Below are positions 27,860-36,927 of a DNA stretch of 64,000 nucleotides, one piece after another. Within the stretch, counting starts at the first letter, position 1. Each line of letters starts with the position of its first letter. The DNA lies in the NCBI GenBank assembly GCA_902524285.1, contig CABZCR010000001.1, positions 81,774 to 145,773 of the forward strand, in the 5' to 3' direction. The notes beneath the pieces were generated by a model. That model was not told where the DNA came from, made no database searches, and saw only the letters and a program-made list of their open reading frames with translations. The DNA is from an uncultured Pelagibacteraceae bacterium (GTDB taxonomy: Bacteria; Pseudomonadota; Alphaproteobacteria; Pelagibacterales; AG-422-B15). The position numbers and the translations under genes were made by a program.

Positions 27860-28783
27860 TTACTTATTGTGCATCCAAGCAACAATTAATTGATGGGCTA
27901 CAGCCATTGCAGGAGGTATCCATATTCTGTCAGGGCTTTTACCAACGAATATACGATTTAAGTCTTCTCGAGATAACCATACTGCTTCTTCAATTTCATC
28001 CTGATCTAAATCAGTTGTATCATCATCTGTTTGACAGAAACATGCAATCATTAACTGCGAAGGAAATGGCCATGGTTGGGTAAATTTATACTCAACACTT
28101 GTAACATTTAATCCCACTTCTTCTTTAACTTCTCTAATGACTGCATCTTCGATGGTTTCACCCGGTTCTAAAAAACCTGCCAGTGCTGAGAACATTCTAG
28201 GTGGAAATATCTTTTGGCGACCAAGTAAACATTTGTCTTTAAAAATAGGAAGCATGATGACGACAGGGTCAACACGAGGAAACAATTCTACGTTACAATT
28301 TTTGCAAATTTTTTTGCAACCTGCATCAACAGTTTCAAGTCGGGAACTTTCACATCTGGTACAAAAAATATTGGATGAATTCCACTCGACCATCGACTTA
28401 GCCTGGGCAAGAATACCTGTGTCTTCCGGGGAAATACTCTGCGCTATCGATCTTAAATCAATAAATTTACAGTTTGGAAATGCAGTTTTGTCGAAGTCTT
28501 TGTTACTTTTTGATAAATCAATGGCGTAGTAGCTTTTATTTTTTAACTTGCCTAGGAAAAGCAAATAAGCATCTTCAATAAAATTTTTTATTTGATCATA
28601 TGTGGCTAAAAAAATTGTTGAATTTGTGCCAGGTTCACTGCTCACGTGTATCAATGGTTTTCCTGAGAGAAAAACAACAAAACGTGTTTCATTGTCCAAT
28701 AAATTTGCTTTTTGCCAGTCTTTATCGCTTCTAAAACCTGACATTCTATCGAGAGGATTATTTGCAAATATTATTTTGCTCAT
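27860..28783 (-). CDS. nudC: NAD(+) diphosphatase (NADH pyrophosphatase, Nudix)
   Basis: Zinc ribbon CTRCESS...CKNC. Nudix box GFLEPGETIEDAVIREVKEEVGL. NudC signature QPWPFPSQLM. Confidence 0.85.
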   Translation of the reverse strand: MSKIIFANNPLDRMSGFRSDKDWQKANLLDNETRFVVFLSGKPLIHVSSEPGTNSTIFLATYDQIKNFIEDAYLLFLGKLKNKSYYAIDLSKSNKDFDKTAFPNCKFIDLRSIAQSISPEDTGILAQAKSMVEWNSSNIFCTRCESSRLETVDAGCKKICKNCNVELFPRVDPVVIMLPIFKDKCLLGRQKIFPPRMFSALAGFLEPGETIEDAVIREVKEEVGLNVTSVEYKFTQPWPFPSQLMIACFCQTDDDTTDLDQDEIEEAVWLSREDLNRIFVGKSPDRIWIPPAMAVAHQLIVAWMHNK

Positions 28784-28834
28784 TAATTTATTATTTATTA
28801 AACAACATTTTATTTTCGTTATGATACAATATTT

Positions 28835-28927
28835 TGGGAGATTGAGTAGACAAGTTATTCGCCAATCCGGTCAGGTCTGAAAAGAAGCAGCCGTAACGAA
28901 GATATTTGGGTTACGTTGATCTCCCAC
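28835..28927 (+). ncRNA. ffs: signal recognition particle RNA (4.5S-type)
   Basis: Closing helix GGGAGAT/ATCTCCC. Conserved domain IV CCGGTCAGGTCTGAAAAGAAGCAGCC with a GAAA tetraloop. It sits immediately upstream of dnaX, which is the conserved ffs-dnaX-ybaB-recR order. Confidence 0.85.
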
Positions 28928-28945
28928 TAAAGATTAGTGATTTTT

Positions 28946-30220
28946 ATGTCCGATACAACCAACATACCTATTCCATTAAAATATAGACCACTAAAGTTTA
29001 GTGAACTTATTGGTCAAGATCTCATGTCTAAGACAATACAAAATGCAATTGAGATGAATAGAATTGCCAACGCCTATTTACTCACAGGGGTCAGAGGTGT
29101 AGGGAAAACAACCACAGCTAGAATTATCGCAAAATCACTAAATTGTTTAAATATAATAGAGCAAGACAACAACGAGCCATGTGGGGTTTGTGATAATTGT
29201 AAAGCGATAACAGAGTCCAGAAGTGTTGATGTTTATGAAATGGACGCAGCATCTCGAACCGGAATAGCTGATATAAGAGAGCTGATTGAAGGCGTTCAAT
29301 ACTCGCCTGTGTCATCAAAGTATAAAGTTTATATTATAGATGAAGTTCACATGTTATCGACCGCAGCCTTTAATGGATTACTTAAAACATTGGAAGAGCC
29401 GCCACCTCATGTGAAATTTATTTTTGCAACTACTGAGGTAAGAAAAATACCAACAACCATACTATCAAGATGCCAAAGATATGATTTAAAAAGGGTTGAA
29501 CCTTATGATTTAGTTATTTTTTTAAAATCCATATGTGAAAAGGAGTCAGTTGAGTTTGAAGAAGGTGCATTGAAAATTATCGCAAGAGCTGCAGATGGAT
29601 CTGTAAGAGATGGCCTGTCTATTCTCGATCAATCTATTGCATTTTCAGGTAAGCACATTTCTGAAGAGCAAGTGAAAGAGATGATCGGTTTAAACGATCC
29701 AACCAAAATTTTAGAACTAATCAAATTCATTACTGCCGGTCAAACTCAACAGTCACTTGAAAAAATAAATGAACTTTATGACAATGGAGCTGATCCATCA
29801 ATGATTGTAAAAGATCTGATAGAAACTGTTCATAGTTTGACTATGATTAATATTGATGCAGCTGAGGGAGTTAAAAGCTCACTTACAGACAGTGAATATA
29901 ATGCAGTGCAAGAGGTAGCAGGTAATCTTGATGTATCCACTCTCTCAATGATCTGGCAAATGCTTAATAAGGGATTGCATGAAGTTACAGACTCATTTTC
30001 TCCCATAACTTCTCTTGAAATGTTGATCATTAGGATCATTTATTTAAATGATACACCAAAACCTAACGAATTAATAAGTGAACTAAATAATATGGTTGAA
30101 AAAAATGATAATAAAATACAGGATAAATCAGGAGAAACATCTTCAGAAATGGATCCAAGAGTAAAAGAAATTATTGATTTCTTTCCTGGTACTGAAGTTG
30201 AACAAATTGAAGAGAAATAA
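28946..30220 (+). CDS. dnaX: DNA polymerase III subunit gamma/tau (short form)
   Basis: AAA+ clamp-loader motifs GVRGVGKTT, DEVHML and SRCQRYDL, plus Zn module CGVCDNC. I prefer the ATG at 28946 over the GTG at 28937. Confidence 0.9.
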   Translation: MSDTTNIPIPLKYRPLKFSELIGQDLMSKTIQNAIEMNRIANAYLLTGVRGVGKTTTARIIAKSLNCLNIIEQDNNEPCGVCDNCKAITESRSVDVYEMDAASRTGIADIRELIEGVQYSPVSSKYKVYIIDEVHMLSTAAFNGLLKTLEEPPPHVKFIFATTEVRKIPTTILSRCQRYDLKRVEPYDLVIFLKSICEKESVEFEEGALKIIARAADGSVRDGLSILDQSIAFSGKHISEEQVKEMIGLNDPTKILELIKFITAGQTQQSLEKINELYDNGADPSMIVKDLIETVHSLTMINIDAAEGVKSSLTDSEYNAVQEVAGNLDVSTLSMIWQMLNKGLHEVTDSFSPITSLEMLIIRIIYLNDTPKPNELISELNNMVEKNDNKIQDKSGETSSEMDPRVKEIIDFFPGTEVEQIEEK

Positions 30221-30222
30221 AT

Positions 30223-30546
30223 ATGAATAATTTTAACAATATGATTAAGCAGGCCCAAGACTTGCAAAAAAAAATGGCTGAGGCTCAGGAAAAAGTGGAA
30301 ACACTGGAAGCCGAGGGTATTTCAGGTGGAGGAATAGTTAAAATAACTATAAATGGAAAAAATAATGTAACTTCTGTAAACATTGACGAAACAGCGATAG
30401 ATAAAAATGAGAAAGAAATTTTAGAAGATTTGATAGTTGCAGCTTTTAATGATGCGCGAGACAAAATTCAAAGAAAAATTGCGGATGAAATGAGCTCTCT
30501 TACCGGTGGAATAAAACTTCCTCCAGGAATGAAACTGCCTTTCTAG
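30223..30546 (+). CDS. ybaB: nucleoid-associated protein YbaB/EbfC
   Basis: 107 aa with MIKQAQDLQKKM ... GGGIVKITINGK. Confidence 0.9.
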   Translation: MNNFNNMIKQAQDLQKKMAEAQEKVETLEAEGISGGGIVKITINGKNNVTSVNIDETAIDKNEKEILEDLIVAAFNDARDKIQRKIADEMSSLTGGIKLPPGMKLPF

Positions 30547-30547
30547 T

Positions 30548-31153
30548 ATGAAATCTCGTATATCTAATCCAGAAATTGATAAGTTAATACTTTTAATCAG
30601 TAAACTGCCTGGTTTTGGACCTAAATCTGCGAGCAGAGCAGCACTTCATTTAATAAAGAATAAAGATCAGTTAATGGTCCCACTAGCTGAGTCGCTTTTA
30701 TCATCGAGTGAAAACATTGTTACATGTGAAATTTGTGGAAACATAGATGTAAATTCTCCATGCATGATCTGCACAGATGAAGGTCGATCTAAAAATCAAA
30801 TCTGTGTTGTTGAAAATATCGCAGATCTATGGGCACTTGAGAAATCTGAAGTATTTAACGGACTGTACCATGTGTTGGGTGGTAATCTATCTGCTATAAA
30901 CAGCATTGGGCCCGACGATTTAAATCTAAAAAAACTTATTGATCGAATTGAAGGCGAAAAAATTGATGAAGTCATACTGGCTTTGAGTGCAACAGTTGAT
31001 GGTCAAACAACCGCTCATTACGTAGCAGATAGATTGTCAAAACACAGTGTTGAAGTGAGTCGTTTAGGACACGGCGTGCCTGTTGGTGGTGAGTTGGATT
31101 ACATGGATGAAGGAACTATTGCCGCCGCTCTCAGTGCGCGACAAAAAATTTAG
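30548..31153 (+). CDS. recR: recombination protein RecR
   Basis: 201 aa with an HhH region, C4 zinc finger CEICGN...CMIC and a Toprim domain. Confidence 0.95.
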   Translation: MKSRISNPEIDKLILLISKLPGFGPKSASRAALHLIKNKDQLMVPLAESLLSSSENIVTCEICGNIDVNSPCMICTDEGRSKNQICVVENIADLWALEKSEVFNGLYHVLGGNLSAINSIGPDDLNLKKLIDRIEGEKIDEVILALSATVDGQTTAHYVADRLSKHSVEVSRLGHGVPVGGELDYMDEGTIAAALSARQKI

Positions 31154-31187
31154 TTTTATTGTATTTTCCCAATTTTTTTATTCAATC

Positions 31188-31216
31188 TTGACCTTATATC
31201 TAAGTTAGCCTATCTA
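31188..31216 (+). promoter_or_regulatory. candidate sigma70-type promoter TTGACC-17-TATCTA upstream of def
   Basis: -35 at 31188-31193, -10 at 31211-31216. The def ATG is at 31223, so the predicted start would give a leaderless or near-leaderless mRNA. Confidence 0.3.
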
Positions 31217-31222
31217 AAGATT

Positions 31223-31759
31223 ATGACAGTAAAAAAGATTTTAACTGCTCCAGATCCGTTTTTAAAACAGATTTCAAAACCAGTTGATGAAGTAACTAAA
31301 GAGATCCAGGATCTAATGGACGACATGTTGGATACCATGTATGACGCACCTGGAATAGGTTTAGCAGCAGTTCAAATTGGAGTTCCTTTGCGTGTAATTG
31401 TGATGGACATAAGCTGGAGAAATGAAGAGGGTATAAAAGAACCCCTTTATTTTGTTAACCCTGAAATTACAGTAAAAACAAAAAATCTTTCAACGTATGA
31501 AGAGGGATGTTTATCGGTCCCAGATCAATACGCAGAAATTGATCGTCCAGAAGAATGTGAAATAAACTTTCTTGATTATAATGGAAAAAAGTCAACTCTA
31601 AACGCTAAAGGATTATTAGCGACCTGTATCCAACATGAAATGGATCATCTTGAGGGAATTCTTTTTATTGATCATTTATCAAATATGAAACGCAATATGA
31701 TTGTAAAGAAGCTCATCAAAACAAGAAAACAATCAAAAAAAGAACGAATCGTCGCTTAG
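31223..31759 (+). CDS. def: peptide deformylase
   Basis: GIGLAAVQIG, EGCLSVP and HEMDHLEG motifs. Confidence 0.95.
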   Translation: MTVKKILTAPDPFLKQISKPVDEVTKEIQDLMDDMLDTMYDAPGIGLAAVQIGVPLRVIVMDISWRNEEGIKEPLYFVNPEITVKTKNLSTYEEGCLSVPDQYAEIDRPEECEINFLDYNGKKSTLNAKGLLATCIQHEMDHLEGILFIDHLSNMKRNMIVKKLIKTRKQSKKERIVA

Positions 31760-31764
31760 ATAGA

Positions 31765-32682
31765 ATGAAAAATTATCGCATCCTATTCATGGGCACAGCC
31801 CCATTCGCAGTGCCATCTTTAAAAAAAATTGTTTCTTCAAACAATCATTTGGTAGGTGTATATACATCTCCCGCAAAAAAAGCTAACCGAGGAATGAAAT
31901 TATCAATTTCACCAGTGGCAGAATTTGCTGAAGCTGAAAATATTGAAATTAGCTCACCTCCTTCGATTAGTTCATCAGAGGAATTAAAAAAACTACAAAA
32001 AATGAATTTGGATGTGATAATTGTCGTTGCTTATGGACTGATATTACCTGAAGAAGTAATCAATTTACCTAAACTTGGTTGTTTTAATGTACATGCGTCT
32101 TTACTCCCTCGGTGGCGGGGGGCTGCACCAATTCAAAGAGCAATGATTGAAGGTGATCAGACTACGGGCGTTACAATTATGAAAATGGATAAAGGCCTTG
32201 ATACAGGAGATATTGGGCTGCAAAAAGAAATAAAAATAGAACAACAAAACTACAGTGAATTAGAAAAAGAACTCGCAAATGAAGGAGCTGAATTGCTCAT
32301 AAACTTTCTTGATAGATTAGATGGCTCTATTCAGTTTGCTAAGCAAAATGACATGCAGGCCTGTTATGCGAAGAAAATACAAAAACAAGAAGCTTTAATA
32401 GACTGGACTGAAAATGCTGAGAAAATAAATAGACGCATAAATGCTTATAACCCTAGTCCTTGCGCTTGGTTTTCACTAAATAATAAAAGAATTAAAATAT
32501 TGAAGGCTGAGGTAATTCATGAGAAAGGTGAGGCCGGAAAGATTATGAATGAAGAATTTTTAATTGGTTGTGGTATTAATTCAATTAGACCGTTGCTTTT
32601 AAGAGTTGAAGGTAAACAAGATTGTACAATCAATGACTTTCTACTAGGACATAAAATTGAAGTTGGATCTTATATTCAATGA
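31765..32682 (+). CDS. fmt: methionyl-tRNA formyltransferase
   Basis: 305 aa with NVHASLLPRWRGAAPIQRA. Confidence 0.95.
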   Translation: MKNYRILFMGTAPFAVPSLKKIVSSNNHLVGVYTSPAKKANRGMKLSISPVAEFAEAENIEISSPPSISSSEELKKLQKMNLDVIIVVAYGLILPEEVINLPKLGCFNVHASLLPRWRGAAPIQRAMIEGDQTTGVTIMKMDKGLDTGDIGLQKEIKIEQQNYSELEKELANEGAELLINFLDRLDGSIQFAKQNDMQACYAKKIQKQEALIDWTENAEKINRRINAYNPSPCAWFSLNNKRIKILKAEVIHEKGEAGKIMNEEFLIGCGINSIRPLLLRVEGKQDCTINDFLLGHKIEVGSYIQ

Positions 32683-33419
32683 ACAGGTACAAAATAAAAA
32701 TTGAGTATGATGGTACCCCGTTTATCGGATGGCAAAGACAAGAAAATGGACAATCAGTTCAAGGGTGTATTGAAAAAGCGATAAGTAATATATTTGAGGA
32801 AAACATAATCATTTTTGGGGCTGGTAGAACAGATGCAGGTGTTCATGCAATGGGGCAGGTCGCTCATTTTGATGTCACAGACAAATTACTTGAACCATAT
32901 GTGATTAAGAACGCATTAAATGATCACTTGAGGCCATTTCCTATTTCCATATTGGAAGTGGAGAAAGTACATAATGATTTTCATGCAAGATTTGATGCAA
33001 CTCAGAGAAAATACCTTTATAGAATAGTAAACAGAAAGTCACCACTCACTATTGAGAAGGGAAGAGCTTGGCAAGTACATAAAGATATTGATGTTGATTT
33101 GATGAGGGAATGCATTCCTTCAATTGAGGGTCAGCATGACTTTACAACATTCCGTTCAGCTCATTGTCAATCTGATAGTCCAATAAAAACTTTAGACAGC
33201 CTAAAAATTAGCCAATCAGAAGAAAATATCTATTTTGGTTTCACTGCAAAGTCATTTCTGCATCATCAAGTTAGATCAATTGTTGGTAGTTTAAAGTTAG
33301 TTGGAGAAAAAAGTTGGTCACTTGGTGACTTTGAAAAAGCATTTAATTCAAAAGATCGCTCTAAATGTGGAGCGCTTGCTCCTCCTGAGGGATTATATTT
33401 TATGGAGGTTAAATACTAA
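32679..33419 (+). CDS. truA: tRNA pseudouridine(38-40) synthase
   Basis: 246 aa with GAGRTDAGVHA (catalytic Asp). ATGA overlap with fmt. Confidence 0.95.
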   Translation: MNRYKIKIEYDGTPFIGWQRQENGQSVQGCIEKAISNIFEENIIIFGAGRTDAGVHAMGQVAHFDVTDKLLEPYVIKNALNDHLRPFPISILEVEKVHNDFHARFDATQRKYLYRIVNRKSPLTIEKGRAWQVHKDIDVDLMRECIPSIEGQHDFTTFRSAHCQSDSPIKTLDSLKISQSEENIYFGFTAKSFLHHQVRSIVGSLKLVGEKSWSLGDFEKAFNSKDRSKCGALAPPEGLYFMEVKY

Positions 33420-34241
33420 TTATTGTGAGCAGTTTTCAATTGTTTGAACATCTATATCTAATTTTTCTGCGGTGTTACCATAAAAGATTCCTCTGATTGG
33501 CGCCGCATAACTTGCATCTAAGCCGCATGAAACTCGAATATATCTCTCATCAGGACAACATTGGTTTGTAGGATCAAAGCCAACCCAACCAAGTTGATCT
33601 ATATAAAGTTCAGCCCATGCGTGTGTAGCTTGAAATTCAGAGTCATTTCTATTTTTATGCATGTAGCCATTTACATATCTTGAGGGAATGCCAAAGTATC
33701 TAGCAGCGGAAATCATTATATGTGCTTGATCTTGGCAAACACCCTTCTCTTGATCTATTGACATAGCTGCAGTTGTGTTTGTATTGGTGGTATACGGTTC
33801 ATATTTAATTTTTTTTGCAATTAAGAGCATTAAATCATGAGCAATAGTTACAGTGTCTTCATTTGAGCTATCTTTTGAGGCAATAGAAGCTAGCTCTTTT
33901 ATTTTATCATTTGGCAGTGTTAAAATTGTACTTCTTAAGTAGACATATGGATCGATTTTATCATTCAAACTTTCATACAACCCATTTGTATCAATTGTTT
34001 CAACTTCTCCTTTAACTACAAATTTAATTTCCTTTTCTGATGGCTCGCCTTTGAAGTTAATTATATTATTTCCCTCTCCATCTCTAAATATTTCACCACC
34101 AGATTTGTTATTTCTTTTTACAGTCCAATTCAATATTTTAAGACCATTGTAGGGTGATGGAGTCAACTTTGTTGTTTGTATTAAACCTAATAGGTTATCA
34201 TCATATTCATAATTTGTTGTATGATTGATTGTAAGTAACAT
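33420..34241 (-). CDS. transglutaminase-like family protein (Bact_transglu_N plus transglutaminase core)
   Basis: The Cys-His-Asp triad is visible in GVCQDQAH, THAWAELY and GFDPTN. Confidence 0.85.
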   Translation of the reverse strand: MLLTINHTTNYEYDDNLLGLIQTTKLTPSPYNGLKILNWTVKRNNKSGGEIFRDGEGNNIINFKGEPSEKEIKFVVKGEVETIDTNGLYESLNDKIDPYVYLRSTILTLPNDKIKELASIASKDSSNEDTVTIAHDLMLLIAKKIKYEPYTTNTNTTAAMSIDQEKGVCQDQAHIMISAARYFGIPSRYVNGYMHKNRNDSEFQATHAWAELYIDQLGWVGFDPTNQCCPDERYIRVSCGLDASYAAPIRGIFYGNTAEKLDIDVQTIENCSQ

Positions 34242-34244
34242 GAT

Positions 34245-35180
34245 TTACCTAAAAAAATGATTTTGAATTTGATTGTCTAAGAAAGATATCTTCGATACAA
34301 AATTGGTCACATACTCATGCAAACCATATTCAATAATTGACTCGACAGTTTCGTCTTTTACAGAATTATGAACTGATTTAAGACCAGAGTAAATATCACT
34401 GATTTTATCAGGACTGCATTTCAAACAATTAAGATGATAAACAATATTATTTATACAAAAACTTAAAGAACGTGAACAATCATTATTAAGTATAAAAAAA
34501 TGAGCAATTTTTGTTGAGGTCACGTCTCCATCATAAGCCCATCTAAAAGCGCGAAATGAAGATAGTGATCGTAAAAGTATAATCCATTGTAAATTATCAA
34601 GATTTCCCCCTATATAATCAGCAGTGGGAAGTAGTACAAAATATTTTACATCAAGCAATCTCGCAGAATTATCTGCTCGTTCAATGAATGTGCCAAGAAA
34701 TATAAAATGATATCCGTCATTTCGTAATAATGAGTTTGCTGATCCCCGAAACATATTTACTTGTTGAATAGTCCATTCAGTAAAGTTTGGTAGATCAGCA
34801 CGAGTAAATTTTTTATTTTTTAGCTCCAATATCTCTTTGTATGACTTATTAATTGCAACCCATGCCTCAGGGGTGAATGCAGTCCGCACTAATAGGGCAT
34901 TATTTCTAGCTTTGGATATACAGCTGTACACAGAGGAAGGATTTTCTTCATCAAAAAAAATATAATCCTCAACATTTTCCTGATTTATTTCATTATATTT
35001 AGTAAAGTAACCTTGAGCAGCACCCGCAGCTGATAATACCGAGTCCCATTCATTATGATAGCCTTTAGGGTTAGGAAACAAGGACATTCTATAACCCACA
35101 TCAAGAAGGCGTGCCATAGTTTCTGCTCTTTCCATATATCTACTAATCCAGTAAAGATTCTCTGCTGTTCTGCTTAGCAT
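34245..35180 (-). CDS. alpha-E domain protein (COG2307-type)
   Basis: 311 aa with N-terminus MLSRTAENLYWISRYMERAE and a second repeat FLGTFIERADNSARLLDVKY. Confidence 0.85.
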   Translation of the reverse strand: MLSRTAENLYWISRYMERAETMARLLDVGYRMSLFPNPKGYHNEWDSVLSAAGAAQGYFTKYNEINQENVEDYIFFDEENPSSVYSCISKARNNALLVRTAFTPEAWVAINKSYKEILELKNKKFTRADLPNFTEWTIQQVNMFRGSANSLLRNDGYHFIFLGTFIERADNSARLLDVKYFVLLPTADYIGGNLDNLQWIILLRSLSSFRAFRWAYDGDVTSTKIAHFFILNNDCSRSLSFCINNIVYHLNCLKCSPDKISDIYSGLKSVHNSVKDETVESIIEYGLHEYVTNFVSKISFLDNQIQNHFFR

Positions 35181-35181
35181 G

Positions 35182-36594
35182 TTAATCTGCGAGGACCCAA
35201 GTGTCCTTTACTCCTCCTCCTTGTGATGAATTTACTACATACGATCCTTTATTTAATGCAACTCTAGTTAATCCCCCTGGGCATAATTGTACTTTTTCTC
35301 CAACAAGACAGAATGGACGTAAATCAACTCGTCTTCCTGAAACTTCATTATCTATTAAAGTTGGTGAGGATGATAAGTCTAATGTTGGTTGAGCAATATA
35401 TCCTCGAGGGTTACTTTTCAGTTTAGTAGAGAACTCTGAAATTTGATCTTTAGTTGATTTAGGTCCAATTAACATTCCATAACCACCTGAACCATCAACC
35501 TCTTTCACCACAAGTTTTTCAATATTTTCTAATACATAAGTTAATTCGTCATCTCTTTCACATCTCCACGTTTCAACATTATCTAGAATAGGTGTTTCAC
35601 CAAGGTAAAATTTTATCATTTCAGGAACAAATATATAAATAGCTTTGTCATCTGCGATACCAGCACCAGGAGCTGAGCATATATTCACACCACCTGTTTT
35701 ATAAACTTGAGTGATCCCCGGGACACCAATGACTGAGTCCGGGTTATAACAAAGAGGATCTAAAAATTCGTCGTCAATTCTTCGATATACAACATCTATT
35801 TTTTTTGGTCCATCAACTGTCTTCATATAGAGCAAATCATTTTCAACAAAAAGATCTTGTGACTCCACCATTTCAATACCCATTTGATCGGATAAAAAAG
35901 TATGTTCGTAATATGCACTATTTAAATGGCCTGGAGTTAACAAGACAACTGTTGGTATACTGCTATCACATTTTTTTGGGGCAAGACTCATTAGCGTCTG
36001 CAGTAATCTAGTAGGATAGTCATCAACTCTTAAAACACGATTCGTGTGAAATAAATCAGGAAACATTTTCATCATGATTTCTCTATTTTCCAACATGTAT
36101 GAAACACCAGATGGTGTCCGACAGTTGTCTTCTAAAACATAAAACTCATCTTTTCCTGTTCTGACTAAGTCAACTCCAATTATTGGACTATAAATCTTTC
36201 TTGGAGGTGAAAAGTTGATCATAGACTGATCATATGACGATTTTTTATAAACAATTTCTTTTGGAACAATCCCCGCCTTAAAAATTTCACCACTATTATA
36301 AATATCGTGAAGAAAAGAATTTAGAGCTTTCGCTCTTTGTAAAACACCTTTTTCTATCTTTACCCATTCGTTGTTTGTAAGAATTCTTGGAATTAGGTCA
36401 AAAGGGATGATTCGTTCAGTCATATCATCATCTTTGACCGAAAAAGTAATACCAATTCTTTTAAAATGAGACTCTGCTTCAAAATTCTTTTGGCTAATGA
36501 CCGTGGATGACATAGTTCTCAACCACGAATTTACTTGTAAGTAGTGCTTTCTTATTTGAGCATCATCGCTATACATTTCATCAAACATGGCCAC
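35182..36594 (-). CDS. circularly permuted ATP-grasp protein (COG2308-type)
   Basis: 470 aa with YVLEDNCRTPSGVSYMLENR and VVKEVDGSGGYGMLIGP. The start is either GTG at 36594 or ATG at 36588. Confidence 0.85.
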   Translation of the reverse strand: MAMFDEMYSDDAQIRKHYLQVNSWLRTMSSTVISQKNFEAESHFKRIGITFSVKDDDMTERIIPFDLIPRILTNNEWVKIEKGVLQRAKALNSFLHDIYNSGEIFKAGIVPKEIVYKKSSYDQSMINFSPPRKIYSPIIGVDLVRTGKDEFYVLEDNCRTPSGVSYMLENREIMMKMFPDLFHTNRVLRVDDYPTRLLQTLMSLAPKKCDSSIPTVVLLTPGHLNSAYYEHTFLSDQMGIEMVESQDLFVENDLLYMKTVDGPKKIDVVYRRIDDEFLDPLCYNPDSVIGVPGITQVYKTGGVNICSAPGAGIADDKAIYIFVPEMIKFYLGETPILDNVETWRCERDDELTYVLENIEKLVVKEVDGSGGYGMLIGPKSTKDQISEFSTKLKSNPRGYIAQPTLDLSSSPTLIDNEVSGRRVDLRPFCLVGEKVQLCPGGLTRVALNKGSYVVNSSQGGGVKDTWVLAD

Positions 36595-36647
36595 ATACTA
36601 ATCAAATAGCTATCAATATTAATTTTATGCCTTTGCCAAATTGACAT
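36552..36647 (-). CDS. candidate 31-codon upstream ORF overlapping the ATP-grasp start
   Basis: GGGAGGGG (36654-36661 on the minus strand) lies 6 nt before the ATG at 36647. My translation is MSIWQRHKINIDSYLISMWPCLMKCIAMMLK. It ends 36-42 nt inside the ATP-grasp ORF in another frame. Confidence 0.25.
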   Translation of the reverse strand: MSIWQRHKINIDSYLISMWPCLMKCIAMMLK

Positions 36648-36927
36648 GTTATTCCCCTCCCGAATTCAGCAAATAATCTGTATTTGATGATTATGAAAAA
36701 AATTTTTGAGCAATCATTTAACTACTTTCTTAGGGCTTTCCCAGTAATCTTGACTGTTTACTTTCTTTTTCAAATAGCTGGAGCAATTATTTAGGTATTT
36801 ATTATGTTTGGAACTAGATGGAATTTTAATCCTTCCCCCCTTAAATTGGATATAGCTTTGACCATCATGCTAATGTTGCTAATAGTATAATACCTAAATA
36901 GCTCTAAAATTGATATATAGTTGATTT

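Noticed and set aside
28137-28529. Long antisense ORFs inside well-supported genes. Examples: 28137-28529 vs nudC, 41195-41575 vs yidC, 43584-43925 vs the DMT gene, 47056-47436 vs argD, 49496-49882 vs trkH, 60660-61034 and 60949-61251 vs the ACAD, and 37649-38212 vs dapE/dapD
   Set aside because: Each lies entirely opposite a gene with clear family motifs. The translations are Ser/Pro/Leu-rich and low-complexity with no recognisable domains. They are typical stop-codon-poor antisense frames of the more GC-rich conserved genes.
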